Below are positions 17,057 through 27,159 of a stretch of 64,000 bases of DNA, one piece after another. The DNA is taken from contig OZ238992.1 of assembly GCA_965183885.1 (NCBI GenBank), forward strand, positions 500,197 to 564,196, read 5' to 3'. This stretch comes from Flavobacteriales bacterium. GTDB taxonomy: Bacteria > Bacteroidota > Bacteroidia > Flavobacteriales > BACL11. Under the pieces are notes generated by a model that was given only the letters and a program-made list of their open reading frames with translations, did not search any database and was not told where the DNA came from. The position numbers were made by a program, and so were the translations under genes. Position 1 is the first letter of the stretch; every line of letters starts with the position of its first letter.

Positions 17057-18910
17057 TTAAGTCAACTCAGAGGTATATCCATCAACATATTTCAACAAGA
17101 GTTCTTTAACAATTATTTCATCTTGTTGCTCTCTTGCATTTTTTATAACCTCGATACAAGAAGCTACAACTTCCATTGATAGTTTTTGCTCTTTTGCCTG
17201 CATAATTCTAGGATGCTCAGATTGCACTACATCATTACCAATAAGTAGCTCCTCATAAAGTTTTTCACCAGGTCTTAAACCTGTGTATTCTATCCTAATA
17301 TCACCATCAGGGTTTTCATTATCAATAGGAGTAAGACCACTTAAATGAATCATTTTATAGGCTAAATCAATTATTTTAATTGGCTCACCCATATCTAAAA
17401 CAAAAACATCTCCCCCTTTAGCCATAGCTCCTGCCTGCAAAACTAATTGTACTGCTTCTGGGATTGACATAAAATAACGAGTAATATTTCTATGAGTTAC
17501 TGTAACCGGACCTCCTGCTTTTATTTGTTTTCTAAAAAGTGGAACAACTGAACCTGCGGAATCCAACACATTACCGAAACGAACCATAGAAAAACAAGTT
17601 TTACTTTTTACAGCAAATGCTTGCAATACTAATTCTGAAAATCGTTTTGAAGCTCCCATAACATTTGTAGGACGAACAGCTTTATCAGTAGAAACCAACA
17701 CCATATTTTCCACCCCTAACTCATCAGAAAGACGTGCCACATTAAAAGTCCCTACTACATTATTATACACTCCTGAAACAATATTAATCTCTACCATAGG
17801 CACGTGCTTATAAGCTGCTGCATGATAGATAGTATGGATTTCATGTTTAGATATTAACTTCTTTAATTGATAATAATTAGTTATTGTACATAAAGCTGGA
17901 ATAACCTCTACATTAACACCCTTAGCAACCAACTCTAAATGAATAGTATACAAGTTAAACTCTGAGTTATCTAATAAAACTACTTTTTTGGGAGATAACC
18001 TCATTATTTGCCTAGACAACTCAGAACCAATACTTCCCCCAGCTCCTGTCACCAAAATATTCTTATCCTTTATATTTCTTTTTAAGAGCTCCTTTTTAGG
18101 CGCTACAGGGCTTCTACCTAAAATATCACCTACCTCAACATGTTGTATAGCATCTAAGGAAACTATTCCATTTACAATATTATCTACTGAAGGTAAAACT
18201 TTAACTTCAATAGGATATTTTGTAAGTTTTTTTAAAATCTGTTTTTTCTTTGAAGCTGTAATAGATGGAATTGCAAATAGCAGCACTTTAGCTCCTTTTT
18301 CTTTAATTAAATAATCTAATTTCTCATAAGGAAAAACCTCAAGATAATTCAAGATTGTACCTTGCCTTTGTTTATCATCATCAATAAAAGCAATAGAAGC
18401 ATAATCAACACTCTTTCTTAAACTTTCAGACAATTGAACCCCAGCATTACCTGCTCCATAAATAACTGTTTGCTTTCTTTCATTAACATAACTATCCCAA
18501 GAATATAAGATACCTTTAAACAAAAACCTTGAAGCAATTACAAATATATTAACAATAAACCAAAATATTGGAAGTACAGATCGTGGCAAGTTTGATTCCC
18601 TAAAAAACATCATAAAAAACCCAACAACTAAACAACTGATTGTTGTTGCCATAAATGTTGTTGTTATAACCTTAATCCCTATATATTGCAATACAGCTCT
18701 ATAAAGTCCCAATCTTATAAATAAAGGAATCATTAACAAAGGAAAAACAAGAAATAACCACCACGACGACTCTATATAGTCAGCCGGCCATACTTCTCCT
18801 AAACGCAATACAAAAGAGAACCATACTGAAAAAATAATAGTACACAAATCAATAAACAACATAATAAGTTGCTTATAAATACGCTCTAAATTTTGCAATC
18901 TAAACTTCAT
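17057..18910 (-). CDS. Membrane-anchored UDP-HexNAc 4,6-dehydratase (CapD/PglF/WbpM family)
   Basis: Four N-terminal TM segments, then VIYGAGNAG..., LVTGAGGSIGSEL, HAAAYKHVPMVE. Confidence 0.85.
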   Translation of the reverse strand: MKFRLQNLERIYKQLIMLFIDLCTIIFSVWFSFVLRLGEVWPADYIESSWWLFLVFPLLMIPLFIRLGLYRAVLQYIGIKVITTTFMATTISCLVVGFFMMFFRESNLPRSVLPIFWFIVNIFVIASRFLFKGILYSWDSYVNERKQTVIYGAGNAGVQLSESLRKSVDYASIAFIDDDKQRQGTILNYLEVFPYEKLDYLIKEKGAKVLLFAIPSITASKKKQILKKLTKYPIEVKVLPSVDNIVNGIVSLDAIQHVEVGDILGRSPVAPKKELLKRNIKDKNILVTGAGGSIGSELSRQIMRLSPKKVVLLDNSEFNLYTIHLELVAKGVNVEVIPALCTITNYYQLKKLISKHEIHTIYHAAAYKHVPMVEINIVSGVYNNVVGTFNVARLSDELGVENMVLVSTDKAVRPTNVMGASKRFSELVLQAFAVKSKTCFSMVRFGNVLDSAGSVVPLFRKQIKAGGPVTVTHRNITRYFMSIPEAVQLVLQAGAMAKGGDVFVLDMGEPIKIIDLAYKMIHLSGLTPIDNENPDGDIRIEYTGLRPGEKLYEELLIGNDVVQSEHPRIMQAKEQKLSMEVVASCIEVIKNAREQQDEIIVKELLLKYVDGYTSELT

Positions 18911-20033
18911 ACAATTCTTTTATGTTTTGTATTACTCTATCTATATCTTTCACCTCCATATTTGTCCCTGAAGGTAAACAAAGTCCTCTTAAAAATAAAT
19001 CCTCAGATAGTTCTCCTCCATAATATTTACAGTCAATAAAAATAGGTTGCTTATGCATAGGCTTCCATAATGGACGACTTTCAACATTATCTTTTTCAAG
19101 ATGCAAACGTAAAGTCTCTCTATCAATAGACGAGTCTTCACTTAATAATATTGTTGTCAGCCAATAGTTAGAGTATGCCCCTTGAAACTCTTCTAAAAAA
19201 GTAATCTCCTGAATAGCTTCTAATTCTTTCTTATAATAATTAAAAATCATTCTCTTCTTCTGGACTCTGTCCTTAAGAACCTCTAACTGCCCAATACCAA
19301 TTGCAGCAACAACATTACTCATTCTATAATTATAACCAATATTTGAATGTTCATAATGCGGAGCACTATCTCTAGCTTGAGTTGAAAGGAATTTTGCTTT
19401 CTCAATCATCTTTTCATCCTTACTAATTAAAGCACCTCCCCCAGAAGTTGTAATAATTTTATTTCCATTAAAAGAATAAATTCCAAAAGCACCAAAGGTA
19501 CCCAGCTGCCTTCCATTATAAGTACTTCCTAAAGCTTCAGCCGCATCTTCAATTAAAGGGATGTTATATTGATTAACAACTCTCATAATCTCATCCATAC
19601 TAGCAGGCATTCCATATAAATGCACTAATACAATTGCCTTAGGAGGTTTACCTTGAGCTATCCCATCTAAAATTGCTTGCTCTAGCAACTTAGGACACAT
19701 ATTCCAACTCTCCTTATCACTATCAACAAATATTGGGTTAGCTCCTTGATAGACTATTGGATTAGCTGATGCTGAAAATGTAAATGATGAACAAATTACA
19801 CTATCACCTTTTTGAACGTTTAATAGAATTAAAGCTAGATGTAAAGCTGCTGTACCACTACTTAATGCTGCCACACTATAACCCTCAGAAATATCAGATA
19901 AATCTTGTTCAAACTTAGTAATATGAGGACCTACTGGGGCTATCCAATTTGTATCAAAAGCTTCTTTAACGTAAAGCTGCTCAGCTCCTCCCATGTGGGG
20001 TGAAGCCAACCATATTTTTTTTTCTTTGTTCAA
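18900..20033 (-). CDS. DegT/DnrJ/EryC1/StrS-family sugar aminotransferase (PglE/WcfR-like)
   Basis: IWLASPHMGGAEQLYVKEAFDTNWIAPVGP; PLP-lysine context FNGNKIITTSGGGALI. Confidence 0.85.
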   Translation of the reverse strand: MNKEKKIWLASPHMGGAEQLYVKEAFDTNWIAPVGPHITKFEQDLSDISEGYSVAALSSGTAALHLALILLNVQKGDSVICSSFTFSASANPIVYQGANPIFVDSDKESWNMCPKLLEQAILDGIAQGKPPKAIVLVHLYGMPASMDEIMRVVNQYNIPLIEDAAEALGSTYNGRQLGTFGAFGIYSFNGNKIITTSGGGALISKDEKMIEKAKFLSTQARDSAPHYEHSNIGYNYRMSNVVAAIGIGQLEVLKDRVQKKRMIFNYYKKELEAIQEITFLEEFQGAYSNYWLTTILLSEDSSIDRETLRLHLEKDNVESRPLWKPMHKQPIFIDCKYYGGELSEDLFLRGLCLPSGTNMEVKDIDRVIQNIKELYEV

Positions 20034-20621
20034 TTAATAGGTTGTTCTGAATATAGTTGCAAATATAATCTTAATGTCTATCCAAAGGTTATTATTATAG
20101 TAATAATCTAGATTTATTCGCACTTTATCAGGAAACACAACCTTCATATTATATTCTTCAGGGTCTTTCTGTTGTGCTAATAATTCTTCCTCATTTGCAT
20201 ATTTAAGACTTGCAACCCCTGTTATTCCAGGTCTTAATTCTAAAATTTTTCTATCCTCACCTCTTAATAAATCTGCATAACCTGGGACATCAGGTCTTGG
20301 ACCAACAAAACTCATCTCTCCTATCAACACATTCCAAAGCTCAGGCAATTCATCTAATTTATACTTCCTAAGAAACACGCCTACTTTAGTAATTCTACTA
20401 TCTCCTTTTACTGAAACTGTAGAAGATGAGTCTTGCACAATAGACATTGTCCTAAACTTAACCAAAGTAAATTTCCCCCCATTTAGTCCAATTCTTTCCT
20501 GCTTAAAAAAAACAGCACCTTTTGATGAAAATCTTATAACTAATGAAACAATCAAAAATAAAGGCATAAAAACTATTAGACCAAAAAATGACATTATGAT
20601 ATCAAAAAATCTTTTTAGCAT
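20034..20621 (-). CDS. Small monotopic phosphoglycosyl transferase (PglC/WcfS-like initiating sugar transferase)
   Basis: 195 aa. KRFFDIIMSFFGLIVFMPLFLIVSLVIRFSSKGAVFFKQERIG...FRTM...DELPELWNVLIGEMSFVGPRP. Confidence 0.85.
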   Translation of the reverse strand: MLKRFFDIIMSFFGLIVFMPLFLIVSLVIRFSSKGAVFFKQERIGLNGGKFTLVKFRTMSIVQDSSSTVSVKGDSRITKVGVFLRKYKLDELPELWNVLIGEMSFVGPRPDVPGYADLLRGEDRKILELRPGITGVASLKYANEEELLAQQKDPEEYNMKVVFPDKVRINLDYYYNNNLWIDIKIIFATIFRTTY

Positions 20622-21370
20622 TACAATCTTCTTTTAATAGCATTAAAAGCATAAGAAACAAAACAATACAAGCTATAAAACAATGACAATTGTTCTATTT
20701 CTCTATACACCTTCCAAACCCCTAAAGTTGCCTTTATCTTATTTGAAGTATTTGAGGTTGAAACTAGACGATACTTTGCTAACACCTTATTTAAACCATA
20801 AGCCTTAACTCCGGTTCTCATTATCTTTAACCAAAGCGCCATATCCTGAGAAGATCTTACATTAGGCATTTCAACATCACTAATTTTATTTCTATCTAGA
20901 ATCACTGTTAAACAGCCAATAGCAGTATTCTTTAAATAAGATTGATACCCCATACTCTTAGGGGCTCTTATTACATTATATTCTTTAGTATCATCCTCAG
21001 AAATACGAATATAAGCAGTATAAGAGAATGCTATACTACCTTCCTCCATAAACTTTAGTTGCTCCTCTAATTTATTTGACACCCACATATCATCACTATC
21101 TAAGAAAGCAATAAAACGTCCCTTTGCGCTTTTAATAGCAAGGTTTCTTGCTGTAGCAGGACCAACATTATTGGTTAAGAAAATTGGCTTTATTCTATCA
21201 TCATTACTAACTAATTCTTTAATTAGAGCAACTGAATTATCTTTTGAACAATCATCTACAATAAGCAATTCCCAATTCTCATAGGTCTGATTTACTACTG
21301 ACTGAATACAAGAAGCAATAAATTTCTCAGAATTATACGAGGGGGTTATTATGGAAACTAAGCTATTCAT
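20621..21370 (-). CDS. Family 2 glycosyltransferase
   Basis: VSIITPSYNSEKFIASCIQSVVNQTYENWELLIVDDCSKDNS; DSDD motif (FLDSDDMW). Confidence 0.85.
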   Translation of the reverse strand: MNSLVSIITPSYNSEKFIASCIQSVVNQTYENWELLIVDDCSKDNSVALIKELVSNDDRIKPIFLTNNVGPATARNLAIKSAKGRFIAFLDSDDMWVSNKLEEQLKFMEEGSIAFSYTAYIRISEDDTKEYNVIRAPKSMGYQSYLKNTAIGCLTVILDRNKISDVEMPNVRSSQDMALWLKIMRTGVKAYGLNKVLAKYRLVSTSNTSNKIKATLGVWKVYREIEQLSLFYSLYCFVSYAFNAIKRRL

Positions 21371-21860
21371 CTCTCAATAATTTATAAACCCCTAAAAAAT
21401 CACTTTTCCTTCCTTCTGAAATTTTCTTAAAGCCTGCTTTCTCAATCCCTTTTACACTTGGGATATTATTCTTTCTTGTTCCTATCCAAATATCACTACC
21501 CTTTTTATGCTCAATAATTTTTGAGAGAGCAAACGGATACAAATTATTACCTCTAAACTTTAGATTTGTTTGGCAATTTACTATATGAAAATCACCTTTT
21601 TTCATAAATGGAAACTTAAATATCTTTGGCAAAACATTTGAATAATGAGCAATCTCTCCAGTCTCTTTATCTTCTATATAAAAAATTAACATCTTACTCT
21701 TAGAAAATAAAAACCAAAACATATACAATAATAAAGAATCATTATGTAGCTTCAGTTCCCCAAGACTGGGTTTAAAAAAATAATATTTAAACTTATCATC
21801 AATCTTAATAGATGGACTACCACTATTTAAATAAAACATAAGCTCTCCCTCTTTATTCAT
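21363..21860 (-). CDS. GNAT-like N-acetyltransferase
   Basis: FRGNNLYPFALSKIIEHKK...IGTRKNNIPSVKGIEKAGFKKI resembles GNAT motif A/B. The start is set at internal M19 (MNKEG), 8 nt overlapping the upstream stop. The track ORF extends to 21914. Confidence 0.5.
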   Translation of the reverse strand: MNKEGELMFYLNSGSPSIKIDDKFKYYFFKPSLGELKLHNDSLLLYMFWFLFSKSKMLIFYIEDKETGEIAHYSNVLPKIFKFPFMKKGDFHIVNCQTNLKFRGNNLYPFALSKIIEHKKGSDIWIGTRKNNIPSVKGIEKAGFKKISEGRKSDFLGVYKLLRDE

Positions 21861-22665
21861 AGCTTCTTCTAATTTCTTCTTGAGACAAAATTGCCGTAAC
21901 TCTCTGTGGAACAATAAATTTCATTTTTTTTAATAAACTTTTAAAAGGATAAAGCAATCTAACTACTAATTGAATGAATGGGGCATAAGTAACATGCAGC
22001 TGACAATATGCTTTTCTAAACTTAAACTTTCTTATGTATTCCTTCTGAATATTTGTTTCATGCAGTATACTTTTTGTCCCTCCACAAACATATTTTAATT
22101 TCAATTCATTTAAGTAATAGTCAGTCATAGTATAAAACAAAACATCACTCATTCTTAATTTTAAATAATCTGGATGAAATTTAGTTGTTGAATAATCACA
22201 GAAACCTTCTCTAAGTCTATTTTGACTATATCCAATAAGCTTACCTTCATTATTAAAAACTCCCCAAAAATCCCAATTTCCTAACAAAGTATTAATCTCT
22301 CCAGTAAATTGAGCTTTTGTTTTCATAGAATGTTTATTAATATATCTTTTAAAAGCGCTTTCATACACTTCATATCCATCCTTAATAATCACTTCTGAAG
22401 AAACAAGCCTTACGTCTACATTTTTCAGTCCTTTTCTAATACTTTTTCTAGTATTACTACTTAACTCTTCAAGCCCATCACATTTATCTTTTATAATATA
22501 CCAAAAGTCAGTTTCCTCTGTACAATCAAAATTAGATGTCCATCTAGCGAAAAAAGCATTATTATTAACAATTAACTCCTTAATTTCTTTTTCCGAAGTA
22601 AGCACTTCAACATGAGGAGCTGACAAAGGAATCATTGCACTATTATATTTTCTCCAATTTATCAT
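21853..22665 (-). CDS. FemAB-like/Acetyltransf_6-like (GNAT-fold) protein of unknown acceptor
   Basis: 270 aa. ..SSNTRKSIRKGLKNVDVRLV.., ..WGVFNNEGKLIGYSQN.. The architecture is reminiscent of the FemX/CelD-like families. This is a weak call made by eye. Confidence 0.35.
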   Translation of the reverse strand: MINWRKYNSAMIPLSAPHVEVLTSEKEIKELIVNNNAFFARWTSNFDCTEETDFWYIIKDKCDGLEELSSNTRKSIRKGLKNVDVRLVSSEVIIKDGYEVYESAFKRYINKHSMKTKAQFTGEINTLLGNWDFWGVFNNEGKLIGYSQNRLREGFCDYSTTKFHPDYLKLRMSDVLFYTMTDYYLNELKLKYVCGGTKSILHETNIQKEYIRKFKFRKAYCQLHVTYAPFIQLVVRLLYPFKSLLKKMKFIVPQRVTAILSQEEIRRSYE

Positions 22666-23663
22666 AAAAAAGAACGACTTAAAAACCTTAATGAACTAGC
22701 AAAAAACAATACAGGAAGACTAAATATCAACAATAGGGCTACCCTGAGCATTCTCCTTTTTAAACTAGTAACTGTTAAAGAATATTTATATAGATCAAAT
22801 ATTAAAAACACAATAAACAGCATACCTAAACGCTCTGCAATCATATCAACTTCCAGATTAACTAACCCCATAAGCAATATAATACTAAATAATAAAGATG
22901 GAATTGTTTGGAATATATTAAGTATGTTATCCTTGTATTTTATTAGTGCTATAACCAGAATTACACAAAAAATTAATAAATATACATAACCCATATTTAG
23001 AACTGTAGGCTTTGCTGATTTAAGCATTGCTAGCAAACTTAACGAAGACACATACAGAATAGAAAGTGAAATAGAAATAGTAACTCTATCTTTTAACTGA
23101 AATTTAAAGAATCGTTTTATAATAAATATTGGCATTAATAAAATCACAATATTATGAATAAATACTCCACAAATAAATAACATTATTGATTTCTTATAAT
23201 CTGTCTCAACTATAGCATATGAGTATAATATTACAATAGTTGCAAAAAACTGCCTATATATATTCTCATACCCAAAGAAAAAAGGAAAAGTAGTAAGTAG
23301 TATTATAAATAAACCTTTTTTAAATTTCTGACCTTTTAACATTACTGAATCCTGAACTCTAAGTAGTAAATATATCCATACAAAATCAAGAATAATAAAT
23401 GCTAATTGATCTGACTTTACTATAAAATAAATAATTCTTAGAGAGAACCAATATATAAACTCTCTCAAATAATAAATATCAAAAGATGTTGCTCTCATCT
23501 CTTTTGCATAAGTCACAATATCATAATCATAACCTGAAGTTCTTACTACAATCATAAAAAGGAATGTTAATGGCAGGTACAACCATTTAAACATATTATT
23601 GCTCTCAATAAGCAATGTAAACAAACCTAATACAATTAAAGATATAAATATAATAAACTCCAT
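22662..23663 (-). CDS. EpsG-family membrane protein (second putative polysaccharide polymerase)
   Basis: About 9-10 TM segments. The N-terminal ..VRTSGYDYDIVTYAKEM.. resembles the EpsG signature. It sits next to a flippase. Confidence 0.5.
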   Translation of the reverse strand: MEFIIFISLIVLGLFTLLIESNNMFKWLYLPLTFLFMIVVRTSGYDYDIVTYAKEMRATSFDIYYLREFIYWFSLRIIYFIVKSDQLAFIILDFVWIYLLLRVQDSVMLKGQKFKKGLFIILLTTFPFFFGYENIYRQFFATIVILYSYAIVETDYKKSIMLFICGVFIHNIVILLMPIFIIKRFFKFQLKDRVTISISLSILYVSSLSLLAMLKSAKPTVLNMGYVYLLIFCVILVIALIKYKDNILNIFQTIPSLLFSIILLMGLVNLEVDMIAERLGMLFIVFLIFDLYKYSLTVTSLKRRMLRVALLLIFSLPVLFFASSLRFLSRSFL

Positions 23664-23666
23664 TCC

Positions 23667-24959
23667 CTATTCTACTATATTAGTTTGATTACTCTCCAGT
23701 TTAAAATATTTATATGATGCTGCAAAAGACATTAACATACTTACAATAGATAAAACATAAATCATAATTAATGAATTCTCTCTAGCTGAATATTCCATAT
23801 ATTGTAAAACAATAAATAATACTAAAGGTGTAAAGAGGAAAATTAAAGCCATATTTTTACTACTCCTTTTAATCAGATTCTGATTTAATGTAAAGTAAGG
23901 TTGAAATAATGCTGAAGCAATAAAAATGAAAATAAAACTTATACTTAAATCTTTAGCATAAGCAGTTGTACTAATAGTATCTTCCAAAGTAAATGCTCCT
24001 CTTTGAAAAATTAACTGTATCGTTTCAAAACCAAAAACATCTATAAAATAAACAAGACCCAAGCCTAAAAATAAAGCAATACCTACTGATAAAAATATCA
24101 ACCTCACATCCTTTTTAATTGACAACTTCCTTAAAACTATAGTATTTAAATTTAAAATAACTGCTGTTAGAAGTGTATTCAATAATATTACAGCATAATT
24201 ATAAAATGTAATATTATTCCCATCATCAAGACCTGCTACAAACCTTGACATGAGCATTATAATATTTGCAAAGTTACCTAAAAGCATTAGTGATAAATTA
24301 AAGTCTTTTATCCCAAAATGCACCTTAACACCACCAAGCTCTTTAAACATTGGACTTAAATATTTATACATCATACTCAATAAACCTAATACTCTACTTA
24401 TAGCAATCCCTAACACTCCAAATAATATTGACAAAGGATAAAGAATAACTGTTGAAATAAACATATCAACAGTAGTTGCTATAGAATGCTCCTTAAACTG
24501 TCCTTTTCCCTGCATTATTAATAAGAAAATTGAACTATAAAAATTAATAGACACAACAAAGCCTAAGAAAACAGAAACAGATATAAATAGCAAATAACTT
24601 TCAGGATTTATATACCAAACAATAGGCAGTTGAATAAGCTGACTTAGCACAAAAAGTTTTACAACCATCTGCTTTGAAGAACTCATTACATTTACTAGTG
24701 AGACTTTACCTTCAGCATCATACAATTTAGAAAATTTAGACAACAGACTAGCTTGCAAGGCATTTCCCTGCGTTAATTGCGCAAAGAAATCAGTAATTGT
24801 TTTTAATAAAAGAAAATTAGCATATAAAATAGATGATCCAAAAATAGATGCAAGAATAATCTCCCTAACAAAACCTATACCTTTCTTTATTATGTTAGAA
24901 AGGAACATAATAATAAAATCAAGTATTGATTTATTTGAGATCAGTCTTTTCAATAACAT
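23667..24959 (-). CDS. MOP-superfamily flippase (MurJ/MviN-like Wzx), second flippase of the locus
   Basis: The N-terminus reads IKKGIGFVREIILASIFGSSILYANFLLLKTITDFF, which is MurJ-like. About 12 TM segments. Confidence 0.55.
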   Translation of the reverse strand: MLLKRLISNKSILDFIIMFLSNIIKKGIGFVREIILASIFGSSILYANFLLLKTITDFFAQLTQGNALQASLLSKFSKLYDAEGKVSLVNVMSSSKQMVVKLFVLSQLIQLPIVWYINPESYLLFISVSVFLGFVVSINFYSSIFLLIMQGKGQFKEHSIATTVDMFISTVILYPLSILFGVLGIAISRVLGLLSMMYKYLSPMFKELGGVKVHFGIKDFNLSLMLLGNFANIIMLMSRFVAGLDDGNNITFYNYAVILLNTLLTAVILNLNTIVLRKLSIKKDVRLIFLSVGIALFLGLGLVYFIDVFGFETIQLIFQRGAFTLEDTISTTAYAKDLSISFIFIFIASALFQPYFTLNQNLIKRSSKNMALIFLFTPLVLFIVLQYMEYSARENSLIMIYVLSIVSMLMSFAASYKYFKLESNQTNIVE

Positions 24960-24960
24960 C

Positions 24961-26286
24961 TTAAACTACTTTCACTCCTATCTGAAGATATTTAAAACCT
25001 TTATCTCTCATAAACTGACTATCAAATTGATTCCTACCATCAATAAAAATATTTCCAAGCATCTTATTTTTAATTACTTCAAAGTCTGGACTTCTAAATT
25101 CTTTCCACTCAGTCACTAAGATAGCAGCGTCTACATTCTCTAAAGCCTCATATTTATCACTACAATAATTTACATCAATACCTTTTAAATAGTGTTGTGC
25201 TTCAGCTATTGCTTTTGGGTCATAAGCATTAACTTTCCCTCCAGAATTAACTATCGACCGAATTAGATTTATTGATGGTGCTTCTCTCATATCATCAGTT
25301 TCAGGTTTAAAAGACAAGCCCCAAACTCCAAAAGTTTTCCCTTCTAGATTTGCTCCAAATTGACTAACAATTTTACCAAATAAAATATTCTTCTGAGCTT
25401 TATTAACTTGTTCAACAGATGATATTAATTCAGGGTTATAACCATGATTATTTGCAATATTAATTAAAGCCTGAACATCCTTAGGAAAGCAACTTCCCCC
25501 ATAACCACAACCTGGATAAATAAATTGATAACCTATTCGCTTATCACTACCTATTCCTGTACGAACTTGATTAACATCTGCACCTACATGTTCACAAATA
25601 TTTGCTATCTCATTAATGAATGATATTTTTGTAGCCAACATTGCATTAGCGGCATACTTAGTCATCTCAGCTGACCTAATATCCATTCCTATAAACCTAT
25701 CATGATTTAATGTAAATGGAGCATATAAAGCTCGCATAGTACTTAAAGCAGTTTCATCATCAGCTCCAACAACTACTCTATCTGGATGCATAAAATCTTT
25801 TATTGCCGCCCCTTCTTTTAAAAATTCAGGATTAGAAACAACATTAAAAGACAATGAAGAATTCCTTTTATCTAAAGCAGTTTGTATTGTTTGCTGAACC
25901 TTATCAGCCGTACCAATAGGAACAGTCGACTTATCAACCACAACAATAGGATGAACCATTTTCTCTCCTATAGACTGAGCAACTGCTAAAACATATTTTA
26001 AATCAGCAGAACCATCCTCACCCATTGGAGTTCCAACTGCAATAAAAACTACTTCAGCTACTTTAAGAGCTTCACTAATATTAGTAGTAAACTGAAGATT
26101 TCCTTTTGAGTAATTATCCTTTACTAATTGATCCAAACCAGGCTCATATATAGGAATAATTCCATTTTTTAATCCTTCTATTTTCTTAGCATCTACATCT
26201 ACGCAAATAACACTATTTCCCATTTCTGCAAAACAAGCGGCTGCGACTAAACCAACATAACCAGACCCTATAATTCCTACTTTCAT
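24961..26286 (-). CDS. ugd: UDP-glucose 6-dehydrogenase
   Basis: MKVGIIGSGYVGLVAAACFAEMGN..., ...GYGGSCFPKDV...; 441 aa. Confidence 0.9.
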   Translation of the reverse strand: MKVGIIGSGYVGLVAAACFAEMGNSVICVDVDAKKIEGLKNGIIPIYEPGLDQLVKDNYSKGNLQFTTNISEALKVAEVVFIAVGTPMGEDGSADLKYVLAVAQSIGEKMVHPIVVVDKSTVPIGTADKVQQTIQTALDKRNSSLSFNVVSNPEFLKEGAAIKDFMHPDRVVVGADDETALSTMRALYAPFTLNHDRFIGMDIRSAEMTKYAANAMLATKISFINEIANICEHVGADVNQVRTGIGSDKRIGYQFIYPGCGYGGSCFPKDVQALINIANNHGYNPELISSVEQVNKAQKNILFGKIVSQFGANLEGKTFGVWGLSFKPETDDMREAPSINLIRSIVNSGGKVNAYDPKAIAEAQHYLKGIDVNYCSDKYEALENVDAAILVTEWKEFRSPDFEVIKNKMLGNIFIDGRNQFDSQFMRDKGFKYLQIGVKVV

Positions 26287-26289
26287 AAA

Positions 26290-27141
26290 TTACTCTTTAA
26301 TCATATTTTGACGTACATTTCTAAATACTGCAATAATAATTGAAATAATAAAAGAGATTATACCTGCCAATGAAGCTAACATCAACACTCCTCTTTCCGC
26401 AACCTGTGTTACAGTAAAATTTTGAACAAAAGCTAAAGGTTTTAATAATTTTTGATTAGTCTCATTTACTGATCTCATTTGAACCAATTCAACTATCTGA
26501 TTTTGGACATCTGAAACTCCTTTCCTGGAAAGAATACTTGTAGAGCTCATATTTAGTTGAGCATCTGAAGCCCCTCTTAAAGTTTTAAGCTCTATAACTT
26601 CTTTATTAATCTCTTCTATTACCTGATTATTTGTAGCTAAATAATTCTCATAGAAGCTTTTTATATAATCATTATTATTAAAGTAATAAAATAATCCACT
26701 CTCAACAGCTGAAATAACCTCATTATTCTTAACAATAAGGTTTATTTCAAATTTTGGAGTATTAAACTTTTTCCCTTCTTGACCTTCTCTATAAATTTGT
26801 TCTGCTTTTATATCTTTTATTAAAGCAGCTTCTTCTTCTAAGATATTTAATCTATTAGCTACAGCAAGGTAATCCTCTTTTTTTACATATGCTTGCAAAT
26901 TATTAATCAAATTAATTGCTGTTCTTTGGTTCATTACCTCTCTATCATCCTGAATTCTTTCAAATACTGAAATTCCTGACGTAGCAATAGCAGTAGTCTT
27001 ATAAAATGCCGGTTTAGTTTTCTGAAATACAATAGCAAGAAGCATCCCTGCAATAGTCACAGAGATGATTAACTTCCAAAACTTAATAAAGAATAGGATT
27101 ACTTCATTAATAATTTCTCTTAAACTTAATTCTTCATTCAT
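26290..27141 (-). CDS. Short chain-length-determinant (Wzz/PCP-like) protein with no kinase domain
   Basis: An N-terminal TM (FWKLIISVTIAGMLLAIVF), a coiled central part, and a C-terminal TM (GVLMLASLAGIISFIISIIIAVF). Confidence 0.55.
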   Translation of the reverse strand: MNEELSLREIINEVILFFIKFWKLIISVTIAGMLLAIVFQKTKPAFYKTTAIATSGISVFERIQDDREVMNQRTAINLINNLQAYVKKEDYLAVANRLNILEEEAALIKDIKAEQIYREGQEGKKFNTPKFEINLIVKNNEVISAVESGLFYYFNNNDYIKSFYENYLATNNQVIEEINKEVIELKTLRGASDAQLNMSSTSILSRKGVSDVQNQIVELVQMRSVNETNQKLLKPLAFVQNFTVTQVAERGVLMLASLAGIISFIISIIIAVFRNVRQNMIKE

Positions 27142-27159
27142 ATTTTTAGTTTTATTTTT

